DNA of 55,040 bases from Nitrososphaerales archaeon (GTDB lineage: Archaea; Thermoproteota; Nitrososphaeria; Nitrososphaerales; JACAEJ01), in the NCBI GenBank assembly GCA_013388925.1, contig JACAEJ010000012.1:1-55040 (forward strand), given 5' to 3'. The position numbers were made by a program, and so were the translations under genes. Below are positions 46,217-54,939 of the stretch, one piece after another (within the stretch, counting starts at the first letter, position 1; each line of letters starts with the position of its first letter). Below the pieces are notes generated by a model. It ran no database searches. It saw nothing but the letters and a program-made list of their open reading frames with translations, and had not been told where the DNA came from.

Positions 46217-47065
46217 ATGGCTCATTTGGGCGGTATAGTCTCTCTAACAAGGCCCATCAACTCAATTATGGTAGGCTTTGCAGTAATAGTTGGGATTGGT
46301 GTGGCCTTCCCTGAAATGATAATCTCGATTTACTCTCTTTTGGGCTTCCTGACTGGCTTCTTCATATCGAGCTTCTCCATGGTAGTTAACGATTACTACG
46401 ATGTAGAAGTGGATAGGGTGAACAGGCCCGACAGGCCCCTTCCCAGTGGAACCTTGTCAATGAACTCTGCCATATCTTTAGCGTTCGTTCTTCTTTCTTT
46501 GGGGATTGCATCATCTCTGTTGATAAGCTTTAACAACTTTGTAATAGCATCTTTATTCGCCCTCCTCTCATGGCTCTACAACTTCTGGGGGAAGAAGAGA
46601 GGCGTGATGGGCAATGTCATGGTAGCATTATCCGTATCGATACCATACATCTATGGAGGCATGGCTGTAAACAATGCAAGTGATCCTCTGTTGATATGGC
46701 TCGCACTAACATCTTTCTTGGCAGCTGCTGGAAGAGAAGTCGTAAAGACTGTATGTGATGTAAAAGGGGATGAGTTTAGAAAGGTTATGTCGGTGGCAAG
46801 GGTTTACGGACCAAGATTCGCTTCTAAGCTTGGGGCAGTGATGTTCTTAATGGCAATGGCTTCTAGTTGGATACCCTTCATAGAGGGCATAGTGGGCATG
46901 GTCTATGCAATTCTAATACTGATTCCTAATCTGATCTTCGCATACGCATCCATAAAGATCGTCAAAGAACCATCGGAAGCTAGTGCCTTGCACGTGAAAA
47001 GCATTGCTCTCCTTGGCATGCTCATAGGACTTATGGCCTTTCTCATAGGAGGAGTCAGCCCTTAG
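46217..47065 (+). CDS. UbiA-family prenyltransferase (likely digeranylgeranylglyceryl phosphate synthase)
   Basis: 282 aa, about 8 TMS. NDYYDVEVDRVNRPDRPLPSG Asp-rich motif. Size and N-terminus (LTRPINSIMVG) fit archaeal DGGGP synthase. Confidence 0.75.
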   Translation: MAHLGGIVSLTRPINSIMVGFAVIVGIGVAFPEMIISIYSLLGFLTGFFISSFSMVVNDYYDVEVDRVNRPDRPLPSGTLSMNSAISLAFVLLSLGIASSLLISFNNFVIASLFALLSWLYNFWGKKRGVMGNVMVALSVSIPYIYGGMAVNNASDPLLIWLALTSFLAAAGREVVKTVCDVKGDEFRKVMSVARVYGPRFASKLGAVMFLMAMASSWIPFIEGIVGMVYAILILIPNLIFAYASIKIVKEPSEASALHVKSIALLGMLIGLMAFLIGGVSP

Positions 47066-47116
47066 CGATGCAAGAAAAGATATTTATCACGTAAAGAGTA
47101 CTTTGGTTGATGCCTT

Positions 47117-47617
47117 ATGCCTTTCACACCTTTCCACTGGGGTCCTGCTCTCCTCATAGGAATGTTGTTCTTCTCTATATTCGATTTGCCTGCTCTCTTT
47201 GTATCGAGCGTGATCCCAGATATTGAGGGTATCTACGTCTTGATGTCTGGCGCCCCATTACCACTCCATGGATTCTTCCACTCCTACCTCGGTGTATCAA
47301 TTCTTGGAGTTTTGACAGCAATAATCGTGTTTTATCTTTATAGATGGTTGAGTAAGATCATGAAACTATTCCTGCTTGAGCAAAAATCTTCTTTTAAGAG
47401 GATTCTGTACACATCTTTGTTTGGGGTTTATTCTCACGTCTTTCTTGATTCCTTCCTGTATGGAGAGATGAGGCCCTTCTATCCACTAGATGGCAACCCG
47501 TTTCTGGGGCTTGCTTCAACCTCCCAAATTTACTGGTTCTGCATAGTCTCCTTCCTCTTAGGCTTGATCCTGTACGCCTATAGGCTCCTTGTAGCCCTTC
47601 GAAAGTCAAGCAGATAG
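47117..47617 (+). CDS. Integral membrane protein (YdjM/DUF457-like putative metal-dependent hydrolase)
   Basis: 166 aa, 4-5 TMS. MPFTPFHWGP, HGFFHS and SHVFLDSFLYG His-rich motifs. The assignment is tentative. Confidence 0.4.
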   Translation: MPFTPFHWGPALLIGMLFFSIFDLPALFVSSVIPDIEGIYVLMSGAPLPLHGFFHSYLGVSILGVLTAIIVFYLYRWLSKIMKLFLLEQKSSFKRILYTSLFGVYSHVFLDSFLYGEMRPFYPLDGNPFLGLASTSQIYWFCIVSFLLGLILYAYRLLVALRKSSR

Positions 47618-47820
47618 ACTGTTTCTTATGTTGTTCTAGATTCATATAAAGAGACATTCAATTTCTCTAAACTAGATATTCATAAATAATACGCCTATAA
47701 TTCATTTTACAGCGACAGAGTCTATCCTTTTCGTGTAACCCATTAAGTTCCTGTGGCCCGATTTCATGACAAAACAGTAAAACTAAATGTTTTTTAGAGC
47801 ACTATGATATTAGAGCGTCA

Positions 47821-49032
47821 ATGTGGGTTGAGAAGTACAGGCCAAAGAGCGTAGAGGACATGGTAGGGAATGAGGATAGCAGGATAGGTTTCTTAAACTG
47901 GCTAAAGGAATGGAGGATGGGTTCAAAGCCAGCCCTCCTCATAGGAGCCCCTGGAACAGGAAAGACAACTCTTGTGCACCTTACTGCCAATAGACTTGGT
48001 CTTAACATAATAGAGTTGAACGCCAGTGATGTAAGAACCAAAGAGAGGATGGAGCGGAAGCTAGGACCTATGCTGGACTCTCAAGGATTATTCAATGAAA
48101 GGCCGCTGATATTCTTGGACGAAGTGGATGGCATGTACGATAGACAAGATAGGGGAGGGGTGGAATTCGTTGAAGAGTTGATGGAGAGGAGTCCAGCTCC
48201 TATTGTGATGGCCGCGAACGTTGAGGATGATAAAAAGATAACGAAGCTCATAAGAAAGTCGAGAGTCTTCAGGTTCAGGAGACTACCACCAAGGTTTATG
48301 GAGATATACATCGAGGACATAATAAAGAAAGAAAAGGTTAGATTCGGCAAGGAAGCCATTCGCATATTGGTGAAAGAGGCAAAGGGGGACATGAGGGCGG
48401 CCATAAACAGTGCCCAGTCCCTTGCCGGCCTATCCGCCGAAGAATTAAGGTCGGTAATATCGAGCAGAGACCAGTCCTACAGTCTAAGGGAGGGTCTTGA
48501 AAGTTTCTTCAACGCAAAATCCAAGGAGAAGGCATATGAAGCTTTAAGGTCTTGTGACGCCACGCCAAGGGACAAGGTAAGACTAGCGTATACTAGCATT
48601 ATCAACGGCAACTTGAGCAACGATGAGCTCATAGAGGCTTTGGAGGGCTTAGGAGATGCTGATGAAATAATTAGGAGGATAGAGAGGACTCAAGAGTGGA
48701 GGATTTTAAGGTACTTTGATAGGGTCTTGGCCTATTCTCTCTTCAAGGCTCTTCCTAAAGGGAGAGTTAGCTATAATGAGGATGATATGCCATGGGATCT
48801 GAAGCTGAGGATGTGGAATGAAAGCAGGGCTTTAAGAGATGCAAGCAAGAGCCTATCGAAGTTCCTTCATGCGTCCTCTCGGGAGATCATGTCTGTTTTC
48901 ATGTCCTATCTGCTCTTTATCTTGAGTAAGGATAAAGAATCCATGGAGAGGTTCGTCACGCTCTTGGGTTTAGAAGGTAGCGTGCTAAAGGTTCTTATGA
49001 AGGAAGCAGATAGGGTGGTTTCGAGGGTGTGA
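47821..49032 (+). CDS. rfcL: Replication factor C large subunit
   Basis: 403 aa. MWVEKYRPKSVEDMVGNE, Walker A GAPGTGKTT, Walker B IFLDEVD, GDMRAAIN sensor region. Confidence 0.9.
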   Translation: MWVEKYRPKSVEDMVGNEDSRIGFLNWLKEWRMGSKPALLIGAPGTGKTTLVHLTANRLGLNIIELNASDVRTKERMERKLGPMLDSQGLFNERPLIFLDEVDGMYDRQDRGGVEFVEELMERSPAPIVMAANVEDDKKITKLIRKSRVFRFRRLPPRFMEIYIEDIIKKEKVRFGKEAIRILVKEAKGDMRAAINSAQSLAGLSAEELRSVISSRDQSYSLREGLESFFNAKSKEKAYEALRSCDATPRDKVRLAYTSIINGNLSNDELIEALEGLGDADEIIRRIERTQEWRILRYFDRVLAYSLFKALPKGRVSYNEDDMPWDLKLRMWNESRALRDASKSLSKFLHASSREIMSVFMSYLLFILSKDKESMERFVTLLGLEGSVLKVLMKEADRVVSRV

Positions 49033-49036
49033 GGGC

Positions 49037-49384
49037 TTGATAGTAACTGTTGGGGAATGGTTCAGGCTACCCAGATTGGGCAGAGAAGCTTTTGTCAGCC
49101 TCATGAAGGCAGGCTTGGTATACGATAAAGCTAGGGGGTTTAGGGCAGAGGCAGATGCAGACTTGATTAAGATAGTGTCTATTTTGAAAGGTGCGCTGGA
49201 AGAGGACTTTGAATTCGTTCCAAGGTGCTTTACTTGTGATTCGATCATAGAGTGCTACTCTTGTGCCTATTATCAGGCCTGTGGTGTGAAGAGCCTGACC
49301 CAAAACTGCCTCTGTGGAGAGTGCGTGAACAATGGAGATGCTTTATCCGTCTATAGAAGAGTATTGATTAAGAGGATTGTTTGA
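49037..49384 (+). CDS. Hypothetical Cys-rich protein coupled to rfcL
   Basis: 115 aa. The TTG start lies 4 nt after the rfcL stop. C-terminal CFTCDSIIECYSCAYYQAC ... NCLCGEC (8 Cys). Confidence 0.4.
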   Translation: MIVTVGEWFRLPRLGREAFVSLMKAGLVYDKARGFRAEADADLIKIVSILKGALEEDFEFVPRCFTCDSIIECYSCAYYQACGVKSLTQNCLCGECVNNGDALSVYRRVLIKRIV

Positions 49385-49567
49385 TCACTCTTTATGGTCT
49401 ATTTGTTACGATGCTATTCTTCAAAACTTAAAGAAGGCTGTACCCTGAATTCCGTAATTGAAAAAGAGTACTAACAAAAAATCTCGCCACACTCACCATA
49501 GTTATCCTTATATCACTGCATCGAAGACTTTCATATATTAGAGGAGGTATAGAGATTCGATCCTTTC

Positions 49568-51151
49568 ATCGAGGTCCTTGACACTACGTTAAGAGATGGA
49601 GCCCAGACCTATGGGGTAAGTTTCTCTCTACAGGACAAGGTGAGTATTGCCAAGCGATTGGACGAACTTGGTGTCAGATACATAGAGGGGGGGTGGCCAG
49701 GCTCAAACCCAAAGGATATGGAGTTCTTCAAAGTCATAAAAGAGACGACTCTAAAGAATTCTGAAGTAGTAGCTTTTGGTAGCACGAGAAAGAAGGATAC
49801 CTTGCCAAAAAAGGATTTCATGCTCAATACCCTTCTCAATACAGAATTAAAGACAGTAGTGATCTTTGGCAAGGCTTGGAGCCTTCACGTCTCTGAAGTG
49901 TTGCAGACGACATTCGACGAAAACCTGAGGATGATCGAAGATTCCATAGATTACATCAAGAGCCATGGTATCGATGTCATATTTGATGCGGAGCACTTCT
50001 TCGATGGCTTCAGGGACGATCAAGATTATGCCTTGAAGGTGATAAAGAAGGCAGAAGAAGCAGGGGCAAGACTGGTAGTGCTCTGTGACACCAACGGAGG
50101 AACGTTGACCCAGGATGTTCAAAGCGCGGTCAAGAGGGTGAAGGATGAACTAAAGTTGCCCATTGGTATTCACTGCCACAACGACTCTGGGCTTGCAATC
50201 GCAAATACACTAATGGCCGTATCTGTAGGAGCAATTCACATACAAGGCACTATAAACGGTCTTGGCGAAAGATGTGGCAACGCCGATCTCTGCCAAGTCC
50301 TACCAAACCTCTACTTCAAGATGGGCCATAGAGCCTTGCTCAATGATAGAGATGTCAATGATCAGTTAAAGGGTTTGTCGAACCTATCAAAGTATGTCTA
50401 TGAGTTGACGAACCTGCCTCCCAGGTCTTATCAGCCCTATGTGGGAAAGAATGCCTTCGCCCATAAGGGTGGCGTGCATATAGATGCCATATTAAAGCGG
50501 CCGAAGGCTTACGAGCACATCGATCCAACCCTAGTCGGCAATCGCAGAGAGATTTCCATCTCTGAGCTATCGGGAAGATCGAGTGTGGTGAACATAGCCT
50601 CAGGACTGGGACTGAAGTTGGACAAACAGAGTGATGTAGTGGATAGAGTATTAGAAGAGATAAAGCGCATGGAGGCTCAAGGCTATAGAGTGGAGGATGC
50701 CAGCGCCACCGTGCATCTTATCCTCTTAAGGGCAATGGGATACAAGCTCTATCCCTTTCAGGTCCAGCTCTGGAGGGTCTCCACGATGAAGAATGGGAGC
50801 TCTTTCACAAGTGGCGAAGTCATGGTAAAGGTTGGCGACGAAGTTCTGCATGAAGCATCCATAGGAGTCGGTCCTGTGCACGCTCTTGATCAGGCCCTAA
50901 GGAAGGCCCTCCTAAAGTGCTTCCCTCAGCTAAAGGATGCCAACCTCATAAACTACAAAGTCAGTGTTGTAGACAGCGGTACTGGTACAGCCTCTACCGT
51001 CAGGGTATTCATAGAGTTCAAGGATGATGGGCTTCAGTGGACCACTACAGCTCTGTCTGAAAATATAATAGAGGCAAGTGCCATGGCCCTCATAGACGGT
51101 TATGCCTATAAGCTCGTAATAGATGAAGTCAAAAAAATGAACAAAAGATAG
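49568..51151 (+). CDS. cimA: (R)-citramalate synthase / 2-isopropylmalate synthase family (CimA-like)
   Basis: LDTTLRDGAQTYGVSFSLQDKVSIAKRLDELGVRYIEGGWPGSNPKDMEFF, HCHND and a LeuA-dimer-type C-terminal domain. The track ORF starts at GTG 49640, downstream of the essential DTTLRDG motif. The frame is open from 49553 with no ATG/GTG/TTG, so the 5' end given here (ATC 49568) is provisional. Confidence 0.85.
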   Translation: MEVLDTTLRDGAQTYGVSFSLQDKVSIAKRLDELGVRYIEGGWPGSNPKDMEFFKVIKETTLKNSEVVAFGSTRKKDTLPKKDFMLNTLLNTELKTVVIFGKAWSLHVSEVLQTTFDENLRMIEDSIDYIKSHGIDVIFDAEHFFDGFRDDQDYALKVIKKAEEAGARLVVLCDTNGGTLTQDVQSAVKRVKDELKLPIGIHCHNDSGLAIANTLMAVSVGAIHIQGTINGLGERCGNADLCQVLPNLYFKMGHRALLNDRDVNDQLKGLSNLSKYVYELTNLPPRSYQPYVGKNAFAHKGGVHIDAILKRPKAYEHIDPTLVGNRREISISELSGRSSVVNIASGLGLKLDKQSDVVDRVLEEIKRMEAQGYRVEDASATVHLILLRAMGYKLYPFQVQLWRVSTMKNGSSFTSGEVMVKVGDEVLHEASIGVGPVHALDQALRKALLKCFPQLKDANLINYKVSVVDSGTGTASTVRVFIEFKDDGLQWTTTALSENIIEASAMALIDGYAYKLVIDEVKKMNKR

Positions 51152-51174
51152 ATCACCACAAAAAGTATAATATC

Positions 51175-51756
51175 TTAACGAGAAGCTTCCTTAATCAACC
51201 TAAAGCCAAGTACGATAGACCATATTGAGGCTGAGAGTGAAGCAAGGGCCTCTGGAATTGCTACTCCTTTCTCATAGGGAAGAGCCCAGACAAAAACTGT
51301 TATCGAAACAACAATAAAAGTGAAAAGTGCTAGATTTGTCTCTGAAATCCGAACAAAAGCAAGCCCAATAAGGATCAAAGATACGGGGAAAAGGACGAAG
51401 AAGGACACAGAAACGTAGAAGTGTATCATACCGGCTGTTTCAGGAAATATTCCTATCGCCGATAAAGAAAGAGCGTCAAGGGCCAGCATCAAACCCCCAA
51501 CACGACCCAAGAAGTTCTCTCTCAAGAACTCAAATATGCCAGATGCAAAGACCAAGACTAGAAGACCGACGATGATGAGACCGAAATTGAAGATAATTTC
51601 AGCAAAGCCTCCTTGAGCACCCAAATCGCTTAGAGCATTTTCCGTCCAGCTGAACCATGGAGAATGGTAAATTGAAAGCAAGATCGATGTAAATGCGATC
51701 AGAGGAGCGAATATTGCGCTTAATCCAGCTATTCTAAACCTTGTGACTCTTTTCAT
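51175..51756 (-). CDS. DUF998-like integral membrane protein
   Basis: 193 aa, about 6 TMS. SPWFSWTENALSDLG after the first TMS resembles DUF998. Confidence 0.5.
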   Translation of the reverse strand: MKRVTRFRIAGLSAIFAPLIAFTSILLSIYHSPWFSWTENALSDLGAQGGFAEIIFNFGLIIVGLLVLVFASGIFEFLRENFLGRVGGLMLALDALSLSAIGIFPETAGMIHFYVSVSFFVLFPVSLILIGLAFVRISETNLALFTFIVVSITVFVWALPYEKGVAIPEALASLSASIWSIVLGFRLIKEASR

Positions 51757-51770
51757 AACTATACCAACCT

Positions 51771-52586
51771 CTAAGCGATTAAATAATAATTCCGCCTTAA
51801 AGTCTTCTTAAGGTACCTTGCAAACTCTAAAATCACATGAGTAACGCCCATGACACACATGATATTCTTGTCCCTCGTCCTCTCGAAAAAAAGATCAAAA
51901 CGACGAGTCCAGTCTTCTTTTCTTATGCCAGAACCAAGTCTGTCTATCTCTTCTTGCTTTGGCAATAAACTGGCTCTGGCAAGGGCAGGGTTGAGCTTTG
52001 AGTAGGTTCCTGAGCTGTAGCCATAGGTAAACAGTCTCTCTCCAATCTGTATGGTTCCAACCATAGATGGAAAGCTAAGGTTCAGGATTCCTCCAGCCAA
52101 TATTTCGTAATCCTTCCTCCTCAAAGCGTAGTTTACGATGGCACGAGCCCCGCATGAAAATATCTGATCAAGATGGGCCTTTGTGATGGGTATGACTTTT
52201 GGTCGACCTGTAGTACCCCTAGTCATGACCCAGTTAGTTGGGGGCTCTGCCAACAAGGCTTCGTAATGCCCTTCTCGAACCTTATCTATCATGGGCCTTA
52301 AACCGTCAAACTTTACAATTGGAAAAAGGCGCTGAAAGTCACTGATACTTACTATGCTCTCCGCATTGTGCTCTCTTCCATATAGAGTCTGGCTGTAAGA
52401 TTTGATTAGGTTCATCAGAAGGTTCTGTTGCGCACTTTGAGGGTCTTTTAGAGATCCGTACCAAGGTTCGAGAAGCGATTGAAGGAATTGTATGCTATCT
52501 TCCAAGGCTTTGCCGCTAAGCTGTAGTGAAACGCACGAATAAGCTTGTTGTAATCCACGAGAGATGAGAAAAGGTATATACAACAA
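51771..52586 (-). pseudogene. GH3-family (adenylate-forming, auxin-responsive-promoter-like) protein, N-terminal half only
   Basis: 271 aa. DPQSAQQNLLMNLIKSYSQTLYGREH, FQRLFPIVKFDGLRPMIDKV and VMTRGTTGRPKVIPIT follow the GH3 N-terminal pattern. Family members are about twice this length. The frame ends in unrelated residues (TLRRNYYLIA). Confidence 0.55.
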
Positions 52587-52612
52587 CGTAATTTTGATTC
52601 AATTGACAGAAC

Positions 52613-53527
52613 TTGTATGATGTAATAATCGTTGGAGGAGGGCCCGCGGGCCTTGCGTCTGCCATCTACTCTTCTAGATTCAAGCTAAAGACCCTCGTAA
52701 TAACAAAGGATATGGGGGGACAGACCCTTATCGTTTCTACTCTTGGGAATTATCCTGGCTTCATCAGTACAAGTGGCACAGAGCTGATGCAGAGGTTCGA
52801 GGAGCACGCTCTAAAATCTGGGGCAAAGATTGTCTGTGATGAAGTGGTAGAGGTAAAAGAAGCAGAGGTTGGCTTCTCGGTCGGGACTCACATAAGTGAT
52901 TATAAGACAAAGACCGTCATATTGGCTTTAGGGAATACACCAAAGGACTTGGAAGTCCCAGGAGAAAGGAGGCTTTTTGGGAAGGGCGTGTTTTACGGTC
53001 TAGTTCGTGATAGGTTGCTATTTGCTAATAAGGCGGTCATGGTCGTGGGTTGGAGAGATTTAGCTATGAGCATTGCGCTTAGTTACTCTGATACAGCCTA
53101 TAAGGTCTATATGAGCTACAAGACTGGCAATCTTTTAGGAGATGATAAGTTAAAAGAGATGATAAAAGTCAAAGAGAATGTAGAGTTGATCCCTTCCTCT
53201 CAAGTCATGGAGATAAAGGGAGAAGAGAGAGTCGAGTCTGTGGTCTTGCAGGATTTATGGAAGAATGAAAAGAAAGAAGTAAAGATTGATGGTGTCTTTG
53301 TAGCCCTTGACTATGTTGAAAAGACCGATTTCCTGAAGGGTCTCGTAGAGTTCAACGCTGTGGGTAAGATAGTAGTGGATAAAGGTTGCTCGACGAGCCG
53401 CTCAGGCGTCTTTGCGGCTGGAGGGATAACCGATAATCCTTCTAAGCAGATAGCCATCTCTGCGGGAGAGGGTGCCATGGCTGCTATTTCGGCCCTCAAA
53501 TACATTCAGAGACGTTACGGGCCCTAG
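52613..53527 (+). CDS. Thioredoxin-reductase-like flavoprotein lacking the CxxC redox centre and the NADPH motif
   Basis: 304 aa. FAD motifs VIIVGGGPAGLASAIY and GVFAAGGITD are present. The position of CATCD reads FYGLVRD, and the position of GGGDSAVEEA reads VGWRDLAMSIA. Confidence 0.75.
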   Translation: MYDVIIVGGGPAGLASAIYSSRFKLKTLVITKDMGGQTLIVSTLGNYPGFISTSGTELMQRFEEHALKSGAKIVCDEVVEVKEAEVGFSVGTHISDYKTKTVILALGNTPKDLEVPGERRLFGKGVFYGLVRDRLLFANKAVMVVGWRDLAMSIALSYSDTAYKVYMSYKTGNLLGDDKLKEMIKVKENVELIPSSQVMEIKGEERVESVVLQDLWKNEKKEVKIDGVFVALDYVEKTDFLKGLVEFNAVGKIVVDKGCSTSRSGVFAAGGITDNPSKQIAISAGEGAMAAISALKYIQRRYGP

Positions 53528-53643
53528 GATCGAATAGAATCTAGCCTTAAGGATTATCATTTTCGATCCTTAAATCTAAGGTTGTAAAGTCAAATAGCAC
53601 ATAGAATGCCAAAAAGCTCATCTATCGATAACACTAAGTAAAG

Positions 53644-54102
53644 ATGGGTTTGACAGAGGGCAAAAATGGAGTAGCCGAAGTACTGGGAAAGTATAGGAAT
53701 ATTGCAGCGGTAGGGCTGTCTAGAGACCCTGAAAAGGACGGCCATAGTGTTGCCAAGTACCTGAAGTCGAAGGGTTATAGAATAGTGCCCATAAACCCCT
53801 TTGCTAATGAAATCTTGGGAGAAAAGTGTTACAAGACTCTACTAGACCTCACTGAAGATATCAAAAAGTCCATAGAGATAGTGGACATATTTAGACCGTC
53901 CCAAGATGTACCACCCATAGTGGAACAGGCGATTAAGTTGAAAGAAGATTATGGCAGACCCTTAGTGATATGGATGCAAGAAGGGATAGTGAACGAAGAT
54001 GCGGCAAGGATGGCAAGAGAGGCTGGATTGGTGGCAATAATGGATAGGTGCATGAAAATAGAGCACAGAGAAAGGGAGAGGGCTCTAAAGTCCTCTTTGT
54101 AA
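53644..54102 (+). CDS. CoA-binding domain protein (YccU/YneT-like)
   Basis: 152 aa. NIAAVGLSRDPEKDGHSVAKYLKSKGYRIVPINP ... IVDIFRP ... VIWMQEG is the CoA_binding_2 pattern. Confidence 0.8.
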   Translation: MGLTEGKNGVAEVLGKYRNIAAVGLSRDPEKDGHSVAKYLKSKGYRIVPINPFANEILGEKCYKTLLDLTEDIKKSIEIVDIFRPSQDVPPIVEQAIKLKEDYGRPLVIWMQEGIVNEDAARMAREAGLVAIMDRCMKIEHRERERALKSSL

Positions 54103-54160
54103 AGAGAGATGATAACTCTCGCAAAAGATAAAAAGTTCGTTATTATAAGGGCGAATAGTT

Positions 54161-54727
54161 TTGAGACTCATAGGCATCTCAGGCTCCACAAAATCCATCA
54201 GGTCGTCACTCACAGAAGAGGTCATGAAGGAGGTCATGAAGGGAGGAGATAAAGTGGCAATAGCCATATGCACAAAAAGCAGGGACTTAAGAGCTTTTGA
54301 GAAGGATGCTCATCATTACCTAGATTTGGGTGCCGAGGCCGTGATGGGGATCACGCCATCCAACATGCTGGTCTTAGCTAAGTCGCGCCCAATACTGGAT
54401 GCTCTAGAGCTGGTTCCTCCCATAGACTACCTTCTGGCCGAGGGCTGTGAAGATACGCCCATACCAAGGATAACCATCGGGGAGAAGAAATCACATGCTC
54501 TGAGATCATGGAGCCCCGGTGACTCTTTAGATGGTGTCCTAAGCAAAGTTAAAAGTCTTCCCTCCATCAGAGTCCGGCTCACAGTAGATGGCAGAAGGAT
54601 ACCTTTAAAACCCTACGTTCAAGACGTGATAGTAGCCATAATAGAGGGTTTCCTCTCAACACTAAAGGGTTACGAAAAAAATGCCAGAAGGGTTTCGTTA
54701 AGGATGGACTTGCAAAAAGAGTCCTGA
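54161..54727 (+). CDS. MobB-like protein with a degenerate P-loop and a C-terminal extension
   Basis: 188 aa, TTG start. LIGISGSTKSIRSS stands in place of G-x-SGSGKT. KDAHHYLDLGAEAV and DYLLAEGCEDTPIPRITIG parallel MobB motifs. About 60 extra C-terminal residues. Confidence 0.4.
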   Translation: MRLIGISGSTKSIRSSLTEEVMKEVMKGGDKVAIAICTKSRDLRAFEKDAHHYLDLGAEAVMGITPSNMLVLAKSRPILDALELVPPIDYLLAEGCEDTPIPRITIGEKKSHALRSWSPGDSLDGVLSKVKSLPSIRVRLTVDGRRIPLKPYVQDVIVAIIEGFLSTLKGYEKNARRVSLRMDLQKES

Positions 54728-54753
54728 AAAGTAAATAGTATAATTACGATAGA

Positions 54754-54761
54754 TTTAAATA
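54754..54761 (+). promoter_or_regulatory. Candidate archaeal TATA box of the rRNA operon
   Basis: TTTAAATA in an AT-rich stretch about 180 nt upstream of the 16S 5' end. A GC-rich leader begins about 25 nt downstream. Confidence 0.35.
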
Positions 54762-54939
54762 ATTATTACTTCTATTAATATGTTTGGCGCGTTTACGGCG
54801 GCGTTAGGGTTAAGCCTATGGGCGGAGCCCTTTGCGATGCAACCTCTAACCTCCAAATGCGCTAATATTGATGGGGATTCGACCTTAAGTTGAATCTGAC
54901 ATGGGCCGTGTGCCCTCGCATAAGCCAACCGTACTCTTG

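Noticed and set aside
53526-53570. Perfect 9-bp inverted repeat AGGATCGAA ... TTCGATCCT with a 27-nt loop, overlapping the stop of the TrxR-like gene. Considered as a terminator or regulatory hairpin.
   Set aside because: Archaeal termination mainly uses T-tracts, the stem is short with a large loop, and no supporting evidence is available from sequence alone.
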